Shown here piece by piece: positions 40,234-51,200 of a stretch of DNA of 64,000 bases. The DNA is from Trichoplax adhaerens (Eukaryota; Animalia; Placozoa): positions 1,932,297 through 1,996,296 of the forward strand of contig NW_002060951.1 in assembly GCF_000150275.1 (NCBI RefSeq). Reading direction: 5' to 3'. The position numbers and the translations under genes were made by a program. The notes under the pieces are model-generated. The model was not told where the DNA came from. It saw only the letters and a program-made list of their open reading frames with translations, and did no database searches. Position 1 is the stretch's first letter; every line of letters begins with the position of its first letter.

Positions 40234-43200
40234 ATGGGAAATTGTCATACTGTCGGACCTAACGAAGCGCTAGTTGTATCTGGTAAGTAATGCATACTAT
40301 TCTGATTATTTTAGTATAATAATTTTCATTTTTTCTTCTTTTTCCAATGTAAGAAGGTTTTTTACTCACCGTGATACTGTAGTCTACACAGTGATTAATC
40401 TCGCCCAGTACAACTATTCGGCAAATCGTTAATGATAGCTTGTGGCCAGTTGTGCTGGAAAAGTTGGTGTAAAGACTGTGCAGTACATTGACATAGATAC
40501 ACCTTATACAACTTAATAATTGCGATTACAATAAACCAGCCCATTTTCGTGTTTTGCAACACTTACACACTACTGCATCATGATCGCCCGTACTTACTTA
40601 TGAAATCAACTGACCGTATTTTCGTAGTGAATGCGGTGTAGCCGTGTGTCAAAAATTTGTGTTAGTACTCAAACAACTAATACGAGTATTAGCCTAGGAA
40701 ATGAAGCTTTCAGAATTTCTTATGTTAAATATTGTCGATTGACGGCCTGTAAAATATGTGTCCTGATTTTAGTATTAACATCAAAAACGTGTCCAGTTTA
40801 TCTTTCAATACACTTGATCTGCAAAACATTTTAAAGTTAAGCCCTTTCTACTGTACGAGATAATTCGTTTATGGAGGCATCAATGCCATGAATCTACTGT
40901 AAATTTTAGAGTCTGTTATGCGTCAATATTGGAAGTAGATTTAGGCAAGCCCTTCCCTTAGTTTAGTTAAGTGCAAGATTCGCGAACATGTTTACTGTAC
41001 ACTCAGTGTACTGTAGTGTAGAGATGAGATCTCTGCTGCATATATCTCCACTGCGCTACGATATGATCATTTGCGGATAATATCGTCAAAGTTCAAGTGC
41101 GTACCATTACTGACAGTGAGCAGACTGCAAGCTTAGAGAATATTAGAATAGAGTCCAAAATTTTTAAAGCATGTTGAGATGGTTAAGATAAGTAACACAT
41201 TTCTACATGTTATTACAAAATTTTGACATCTTTTGATAAATTAACGACATTGATCATCCTCCCGTGACTGCGCTGTATTATACAGTTGTACAGTATTGGC
41301 AGTATTATAGACTGACATCTCCCTACATGAGTTATGTAAGCATACGAGCGTCTTTCAGATTAACGTAGGTAATGTATATCTTTTTTACAGTAATTATTAC
41401 AGTTCCCGAGTCTGTCATTGCTAGTCTACTTGCGCGTTGCGTGATGCAGTTATGAATTACTTATTGTATAAGAAGTAGTGATCACTCTAACTGAACTTCT
41501 CTTTAGTCATGAGCTACTTGTAAATACTGTACCGGTGTATTTTGCATATGCTATCCAGAGACTGAAGCTGCTCTTGATTCTGAGAAGCTGAATACTTGAT
41601 GATATTACCATGTAGCATAGACTATATCTACAGTTCATCCATAAACTTGCTCATCCTTTATTATTTATGGTTACGCCGCCTTGGTGATTTTTTCTACTGC
41701 CGTGTTACTATAAGTTACAACGCTTATCAAACTGAATATCACTCGCCATATCATTGACAATGTCCGATGGATTATAGTTATGCGGTATTCAATTTCGATC
41801 CTTCCATATGCACATAGATAAATTATCACCACGATAAATGCGCGCATTCACTAAAACTGACCACAGCAGTAATTTTCTATGCGCGGTAACCGAGAATATT
41901 TTTTTATAAATCTCAACTTGTCTTAAATCAAGTCAGAGATATAAAGTTAATGTCGATTTTCGTCATGTGCTTTATCAAGTGCTTTATCCTAATTGACGTA
42001 CAGTACTATTCGTGGACATCGTATTCGGCACAAGATGCAGCAGTACTATTTTAAATGATAAGGACAATCTGAATAGGAATAAAGATCATTTTCCTCATTT
42101 TTAACTGAGTGTAATCAATACTACGCCTTTAGCCTAACTTTCGAGGGATAAATGACGCTATACTTGTAATGTTTACAATACTATACTATACTATACTGAA
42201 GCTCTATGTCACGGACTACTATAGTATACAGTACGTGACCTTCCCGAAATTGCTTTGAAGGTGAAATCGTAAGATAAAAGGAAAACGTATGAGTAAAATG
42301 TTGGATCTATAATATTATGTCAATCTTTTCCTATCGCTCTACAAAAGAACAGAATTGGGGAGTACTCACGAGTAATCACTATTGGAAACAGCTCCAACAA
42401 TACTTCAAATTTACAGTATATTTGCAATAATTGTGCATGTTGTACAGTACGGTGACTACTGCTTGGATATACAGTACAGCAAACATCTAATAAAGATTCT
42501 AGCTATTAACATCTTGAATACAGTAATTCAATAGTTAGTATCGTGTAATTGATAAGCTGTGAATGATTACAATTTCGGTAAAATGAGTAATCTTTAATTC
42601 GATCGTGATAACATTTCAAATTAACTTTGACAGGTGCTTGTTGTGGCTCTGGTGAAAAGCGATATATCCATGGCGGCTGGGCATGGGCTTGGTGTGGTAT
42701 TACTGACGTACAAAGGTATAATGCTACTCTGGTAATAGTACTGGATCAATGTTGAATAGTTTCTACAATATCGTACATTATATCTGTTAATTGTAATTAT
42801 AGATCCCTACGTGAAAGCTAAATAAATACGAGTAACTTTGTAACTATTGAAATGATAACAACGTATTTTATCTATTATTTCTTACTTTTATATGCCAGTG
42901 AATGGGTTATATTGTTTTGAATGTAATCATGTATAAAGATTGTTATGATCTGAAACCAGGCTGAATCACTATTTTATTTGCCATTAAATTTACTGTATCT
43001 ACAAAAAATTTACTCAAGCCCATGGATTAGATTTTGGAAAGTATAATTGAGTTTATCCTGCAGCACTGCATATATTATTATTTACTAAACGTGGCAATTT
43101 TATTACCATCATCCAAACTATTTCGCTTATTGACCACGAATTGCAGTATCTTTTAATCCTGGCCAACAAATAAGTCATTTATTACGAGATGTCTTGCAGG

Positions 43201-45798
43201 AAATTATGCGATTTTGTTTAGCTAAAGTCAATACTCTAACTGTAATAATGTATCGGTCCAAAGATGGTATGGCATCAGTTAAAATCCATCTAATAATGAT
43301 TAATGTATACCCATTTTTGCTCATGATCCTCAAAGCTATATTGCATTATCGAGGTGATATCTCTATTCCACAATTACTACTTTAATTAAGAATTAAAATT
43401 ATTTGAAATTTTGCTAGGATTGCTTTAAACGTCATGACATTGAATCCTCATTGCGATAGCGTCGAAACTGCCGAAGGTGTGGCTCTAACTGTGACAGCGG
43501 TGACACAGTGTAAAATTATGACCGGTGATCTGCTAGCAACTGCTTGCGAACAGTTTCTTGGTAGATCTACACATGAAATTGAAGGCATTATCTTGCAAAC
43601 ATTGGAAGGTCATTTAAGAGCAATCTTAGGTAATGACTATGATGATTGACTACTTGTGATAAATACAGTCGGTATTACTATGTCACGATAAATTATAATT
43701 TGCTATATTTCGTCAGAGGATTTGGGATAGGATATGTTTCATTAGAATAGTACTATGGGAGATAAGAAATTTACTGCAGCAGTCACACGTATTTATTTAT
43801 ATTCTGGGATAGGCACACTGACTGTTGAAGAAGTCTACAAAGATCGTGATCGATTTGCTGCACTCGTGCGTGAGGTAGCTTCTCCTGATGTTGGAAAAAT
43901 GGGTATCGAAATTCTAAGCTTCACTATTAAAGATATTATGGATAAAGTAGAGTACTTGAATTCACTTGGAAAAGCACAAACAGCCGTTGTCAAGCGCGAT
44001 GCTGACATTGGAGTTGCTGAAGCGAATCGTGACGCTGGCATAAGAGTAAGATCGTAATTGCAAATAACTATAACAATAAATCAGCTCGTGTCATAGAATA
44101 ACCAAAAAAGATGACAAGAATTCATTATATACGAACTGAGTAAAGATATTAGTTAAATCTACCAGAATGAAGGATTTAAAATTTTGCGATCTGAAACTAT
44201 TGTTTTCATAATATATGTACTATATTACAGAGAGCTGAAGCGGAAAGGGCACGATTGGATGTCAGATATACAGCTGATACCAGCATTGCAGATTCTCGTC
44301 GCGAATTTGAAATGGCTAAGGCCGCATTTGATCAAGAAGTGAATCGTGTTGTAAGTTTTCGTATTCATTACATACGCGAATGGCAATATGAATTTTATGA
44401 TTACAGGTCTAAAAAATATTATATCCTTATCATAAATATTTAGCGGGCAGAGGCTGAATTATCCTATGAATTGCAGGTACAATCTACTAAGATTAACGTT
44501 AAAACTAATAAACTGATATCTTTTGGCGCGTATCTTGAAATTACATCTCATCGAAATATATAAATGAGCATTTTATGTGTCGATTCTAGTTATTGATTCT
44601 GATATTAGACCTTTATTATCAGTGTTGACATCATTCTCAGTAATATTTAACAACTATTATGTAGGCTGCAAAGATTAAACAAAAGATTCGCAGCGAAGAA
44701 ATTCAAATTGAAGTTGTTGAGAGAAGGAAGGAAATTGACATTGAAGAAAAAGAAATCCTTCGTAAGGACAAAGAGCTTATCGCCACAGTAAAGAGACCAG
44801 CTGAAGCGGAGAGTTTCAAAGTAGAAACTTTAGCTGAAGGTCGTCGGTAAGATCAAAATTTCCAAAGCTTTCGCTTACTTTGTTCATGTACAGAGAAATA
44901 GTTTTCGTTGTTGATGTTAATTAGACTATTAATCTCTATATTGCCTGGCATAATATGGTACGCTATAAAAGTTCTTATTACTGATACCGATACAATTTTT
45001 TTAGTGCTGAGACTGTTGCCAGGGCCCAAGCTGAAGCTATGAAGATTAAGGTACTGTGGATTGACGGGTGTATCTTTCAATGAACTACGAATTCGTTCAG
45101 TGTATTAGAAGTTATAATTGCTCGTAGTAACTATAAATAGTAAACAAGTTCAGTGGGGATATCTTTGAGTTTATCTCCAAAATTATCATCTAACTGTTAA
45201 CATTTTACTCGCATAGGCTGTTGGTTCAGCTGAAGCTAGTGCTATTGAGGCAATCGGTAAAGCTGAAGCTGAAAGAATGAGACAAAAAGCTGCTGCATAT
45301 AAACAATATGGAGATGCTGCTTTGGTCAGCTTGGTTCTTGATGCATTACCAAAGGTATAGTAGTTATAGACCGACTATTTCATCTAAATGATATAAGAAA
45401 CGAGCGAATAGAAGCTGGACATATTATAGTCTGGCGATTTTAAACGTTTTATTTCCTAATTTTTGCAAATTAAACTAGAGATAACATCTTTTCAACCTCA
45501 ATTATTTCAGATTGCGGCAGAAATTACTGCTCCTTTATCCAAAACGGAGGATATCGTTATGCTAAGTGGGAATGGAGAAGGTCTTACAGGCGAAATAACG
45601 AAACTAGTTGGACAACTGCCTCCAGCTGTTCAAGCATTGACAGGAGTAGATATTTCGAAGGTGGGTGCTAAAGTCATTTATTTACTTCGAAACTAGCGCT
45701 TATCCGATGATAATTTAATACCGAAACTTATTGATCCTAACTTTCAAATTGTGATCATATAGGCTATTAGCAAGATTCCCGGAGCGCAAGTTGCATAG
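40234..45798 (+). CDS. FLOT2: Flotillin-2 (reggie-1) paralog B, 11 exons, 426 aa
   Basis: Exons: 40234-40282, 42634-42715, 43418-43629, 43813-44045, 44231-44350, 44444-44476, 44665-44846, 45005-45050, 45217-45354, 45511-45660, 45763-45798. Exon lengths are identical to paralog A. N-terminus [17 protein letters not shown]. Confidence 0.96.
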
Positions 45799-47024
45799 AT
45801 AACAAATGATAGTTTATGTAACGTGTTAGTAAATCATTCGGTTGTCCTGTAAAATGATTTTACAAATACTCTGTAGGTGATATATACGCTGCGCATACTT
45901 AATAGGATATTTATATTTTAGTTGAAATAATGTTTCAATTTTAAATTAAATTGCTGTTATCGGAGGTAGTATAATTAACCATTATCGAATAATGTATGTT
46001 AGTAAAATATTGCATTTTGTTTTCGTTATTGGTTTCTAATCATAACTTCCTTAATATGTTTGCCAACTGTTAATTCATAAAACGTAGTTATAGCAGCTAC
46101 GTACTACCTACTTACGTGGCTGGGATTGTATTTGTAAGTTATGAACTATATATCGTATTACTGTATTACTGCAGTTCAAACTCAAGCAATTAATTATCCT
46201 TGAATTACTATTAAATACCGGATTAGTATCTGTTTCGAGATGGTTTTCTAACTGATAAAATGTATTTGAAGACTATCACTTGTAGTGTATGTAAAGATCC
46301 AGGATACATGGAGTATAAATACTTTACACTTAATCGGATTCCTCCTGTATGTGCATAGTAATTTCGGTACTAAAACTTATTCCTTAAAAAAGCAACCATA
46401 AATCATGAAGCGTCAGAAGGTATTTAGATCATGATGTGCTTAAGGAGGGGCTAAAAAGTATCGCAGGAGCTCATCGTTTGATTCAATAGAAAAAATTTCG
46501 AAACTACTTGAAAGGGGGCGTTTGATACGCGTTAAGAAGTGATTACTGTCTTTAAAATGCTGAAGGGCTTTGTGATAGTAACCTGTACACTGTACAGTAG
46601 ATATTAGTAATACAGTAGATGTAATAGCAATTATGACTATGCTGTTTTCACTAAAATGTATAGCAGTGAATTGCCTTTCCCTAAATCAGTATTGTAAGGC
46701 ATTTATATGACACACGGGTATTCTGTATACGCATGATATGATTGATTACTACTATCGTGTCCCCAAAATTATAAATACAGATACAAATGGACAATGCACT
46801 ACCTGTAAAACTTAGCAAATACAGTATTATGATGTCTACTGCTTTTATTTAAGATACAGTACGCCATACGCTAACGTTGGATTTTGCCCTGAAAGACGCT
46901 GTACACTGTACAGTCTAGCAATTTTTGACTCGGATGCAGTTTTGTGCAATAAAGTGAAAAGGCAACCGAACCCGATCAAATTGTTGATGTCCTAACTCGA
47001 AATGAGTGCAATCGCCATACAAAC

Positions 47025-48122
47025 ACTGTACTGTACTGTATCACCACAGAAATTCTTAACCCGAATCCCGCCTTCGACTCGGGTTTCGGGTGGACTTTGC
47101 ACCTAAGTCGAATGCGATCCTTTTGTCCACGAGCCCATAGTCTGTAGCCTACAGTACTGTGCACTAGAGACTCTCTATTAGGGTCTCCACAATACTGTAC
47201 TGTACAGTACAGTACAGTACAGTACAGTACGCGTAAAGTGCAAAACAATGAGTGAAAACAACGCCGCACCAACTACTGTACTGTACAGTATGTACAGTAC
47301 AGTATACCGTACTGTACAGTACAGTACAGTGTACAGTACACAGTACTGTACAGAAGAAGGGGCGTTGGACCTTTTCGTCCTGTGAACATTTAGCGTGTCA
47401 GTTAATACGGAGTGACCGTAATTTTTAATTTCTAGAATCAGGATTGAGTTCGTTAAGTCGTTAGCTCATGAATTATGGGCAATTATTAAGAGTTTATGCT
47501 AAAAAGTGTAATATGCTTTGGCTTGTTTCATGCACAGGCAGCATAGCACTTGCATAGTAACGCAAATGCAACTTTATCCTTTTTTGTCGTTAAAACTGAA
47601 GCACACATTGCACGTACAGTGTATACTGTCAAATGGAGTGTCAATGCAGAAACTAAGGGACTACTCAAATTAAAAATTCTCCCTGACAAGCCGTAACTAA
47701 AAAATTTTTCCCCTATGCTATACTAAAAATATGCGGGACTGGCAACGAATCTATCGTACCAACAATGTGGAAGCCTAATATAATAATCCCACAGTGATTA
47801 GTGCAGTAAATGCATAAAACGTATGGCAATTCCGTGTATTTTTAGTATAGGGGAAGAATTGTTTAGTTACGGCTTGTCAGGGAGAATTTCGAGCTGAGTA
47901 AGCCACTGGCGGAAACCATAGAGATTCTTTTTTTATTTTTTTATTGCTTTTTATCTCTATGACAGAAATCGATACAGTACAGTACAGTACCGTACTGTAC
48001 TGTACACTGTAGACTGTGCAGTTATAGTGAGTGCTGTACTGTCTACAGTACAGTACTGTGCGGTCATTCGAGAGACTTGGTTGGAAAACTCAACGTACAG
48101 TACAGTACAGTACAGTACTGTG
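47025..48122. repeat. GTAC[A/T] pentamer island 3, immediately upstream of the PPM1E-like gene
   Basis: (TACTG)2(TACAG)5TAC at 47193-47230 and runs at 47274-47352 and 47973-48122. Outliers near 46583 and 46898. Confidence 0.92.
47657..47905. mobile_element. MITE-like long inverted repeat element inside island 3
   Basis: Starts GGGACTACTC. The left arm contains AATTCTCCCTGACAAGCCGTAACTAAA and CTATACTAAAAATA. The right arm contains their exact reverse complements, TATTTTTAGTATAG and TTTAGTTACGGCTTGTCAGGGAGAATT. Arms are ~80 bp with an ~80-bp spacer. Confidence 0.75.
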
Positions 48123-48280
48123 CTTTAGTTTCGTTTAGTTTATTATAATACCGTACGGTTATATAAGATTATGTTGAGTCGACTGCAATTTTCTTAGCTA
48201 TTTTTTTTTCTTATGATTACTTGTCATTTTCAGAAAATACCTGGTCAATTAATCTTAGTTTGGATTCAAAAATCGTCAAT

Positions 48281-51200
48281 ATGCCAAATGATAAAGATCG
48301 CCCTGGCTATCCATTAGCATTGGATGCTGATTCTGTAGCTGTTATGAAAGAATTTTTAACCTCTTTTGTAGCTGAGCATCCTGTTACAGAATTTAACGAA
48401 GACAGTTCATTACCTATTTCGGTCGGCTGTTACTATTTAGTGGATAAAGAAGTTGAAGGCTGCTGTATTGACTGGTCCAGGCGCTATTTGAGCACATGGT
48501 ATGATATATCCTAGAAATTTCTCTTAATGTATAGCTTATCCTTGAATTTTAATTTCGTAGTTCCGTGTTATGTTCACTCTGTTTGGATAAATTTAAACTC
48601 TATTGTGGGTATCAGGGGGTAGTCCCTGATTGAGATACTACTGTATGTTCGTTTTTGATGTCAAATCATGCTAATTTCTTGAAGCCAAGATGAAGGCTGA
48701 GACAAATCGTATCGAAAATGATAACATTAGTTACTCCTTCTTATAGCGTAACGTACATGGATAATACGATCGTAAAGGCGGCGTTGAGTCATTTCTTATA
48801 GCATACTCATCAAGATTGAATGCATCTTCATCAAATGCACATTACTCTATTATGATTAACAGCTGATGATTTATCTTTAGTTAAGCATTATTAATAATAA
48901 TTATTATTCAATACAACAATATGTAAAACAGTATTAAAGTTAGGATTTAAGCAAATTTAGCTTAAATTATTGTACTGTATATACTTTTTTACAACAATGT
49001 TGCGTTAATCATTCATTTACATTATAGATAGTTATCACTTGGTTATTAACTGATGTTATAATGATTTGTCCATAACTTACATTTAGTTATACGTATCAGT
49101 CTGTAACGAGCTGATGTCGGTAGGATGTAGTGGTACTTACTAAGTATATTAGACTATTCATTAACGAATTAGTGTCATTGTTCAGTAGATCCGTCCATGT
49201 AACTAAGTACCTGTGTTGTTGATACAATCTTAAATGATTTTGATTATCATCCATTAATGGTGTTGCTACAGTATCAAACTACTTTGTTAACAGCTCACTG
49301 CCTCTAATTGTACTCTCTAATGACAAGTTTACCAAAAAATGAATTGTAACTGTAAAATTTCATCAATTTAATTTTGTATGGCTGACCATAGAATATAGTG
49401 ACTCATTCTATAATCGCACAAATTGTAAAAATGAACTATTGATTACGTGATAACCGATAATGCTTCCCCTCACCCACTGTACAACAATAGTTGAATATGT
49501 TGACAAACCCCACTTGTAATTAGTATCTCCTGATTGATTATCCCAATTAAGATGTAGTAATATGAGTATTATTGTAAAACACAAATTATGTGTCATCTTA
49601 GCTATCAGATTGAGATTAAGCATAGAAAACGTTCCATTTTCAAATCATGCTCAAGTAACCCACGAAGAAGAAGAGAAAATAATTTTAATCGCGACTGCGA
49701 TGCCATCATATTTTAGCAACGCTCAATGAAACGAAAAATTATCTTCTCAACGAAGCATAACAAACACATTTATCACTTGGCAAATCCCCGCATCTACTTG
49801 TATCAACTATGGTGTAGTCAATAGTGTATTTATTATTATTGTTATATTGTAAACTGATTTATGGCATTTGTAAGACTGCCTTCCCACAAGCTTTTGTTTT
49901 TTATCTCGCTATAATTGATTGTCTGTGTAGTTGCATGTAATACATTGTTTCCTAGCTACTTTCTCCTACGCTACTGTCTTATATTTAAAGCAAATTATAG
50001 ATTTGTGACGCTAAAAACTTGTTTTTATCACTCACGAGTTGTAAATCCAATTAAATGCTTGACTACCGGAAAGTACGTCGTATAAATTAATGCATTCCGT
50101 CGATATAGTACAACCCTGTTGTGTGGAGTACTGTACTGATATATAGCGGCGTATGGCATTTAAATTTTCAGAAGGGAAGTTAAAAAATTAACTGTACAAT
50201 TTCTCACGCGCGTTCTAAAACATGATGACATTGCGTTATTTGAAGCCAAATTATGGAAGTTATTTTCAGAATTGATCTACTTCGAAAATATTAGACGCCT
50301 GAAGAGTGATCTCATCACGTTCTATAATACTAACGCTACATATGCACCACTAGAAGAGAATTTTTACGAAGTTGCTATGCTAACAAAGCAGGCTTGAAGG
50401 AAAAAAGTGCTCTTTTTTATTATTTCTAATACAGTACTAAAATATGGAGGTTATTTATGCTTGTTATCTAACTACTTATTCGTTATAAACTTTCGTAGTG
50501 AGTATAAACGTGAAATCATAATTATTATAATAATTACTAATTTTAATGAATCAATTGTTATTACAATAATTAATCACGTAAACACTCCACAGTCAATGCT
50601 AAAAATTATCTACGTACTGTACAGTATAACCATACGACCATTCGTACTGCAATGTTAATCGCTACTAATTCGTAACGTTAAACCGATACCTTAGTTTAAA
50701 ATTTTAACTACGAAATCATTAAAATAATATTAAGCCTAGCAACGGTGATGATTTCAGCATTTTGTTGCCGTGAAATTTTTCAGAGTATGATTAATTCAGG
50801 GTTAAGTGATATTAAATCAATCTTTCGATCGAATCGATATCAAGGATATACTATAAACCAGCAAATAGTTTATGTAAACGATCATTCGCCGATACAGTAA
50901 ATGCTCATTGCTAATTAGCTTTCGGATAAATAGCTCCACCAGTAAGGAATTACACATGACGTCCTTGTCAATCAGATATCGTATCTTACTACTGTACTGA
51001 TCAATTTATTTACACTTTTATTGTGAAGCGGCGTCACCCTATGAGTATGCCGCTTATTAAAAACTAGCATTTCGTACTGCGTAAACTCTTATTTGTTCTT
51101 TGCTTCTAAAAACGCAAGAAAAATCAAATTATACAGCTATGATGTTTATATGGTACGATCGGTAATAAATTTTATGAAAACTCGACGCTTTTATGCACCA

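Noticed and set aside
40234-45798. Second flotillin as FLOT1, a pseudogene or an assembly (haplotype) duplicate
   Set aside because: It has a FLOT2-type N-terminus and an intact frame and splice sites. Its introns and synonymous sites differ too much for allelic sequence.
30739-48122. CRISPR array or telomeric repeat interpretation of the islands
   Set aside because: There is no constant 25-45-bp repeat with regular spacers and no cas genes. The context is eukaryotic, and the unit occurs in mixed orientation and is not TTAGGG-like.
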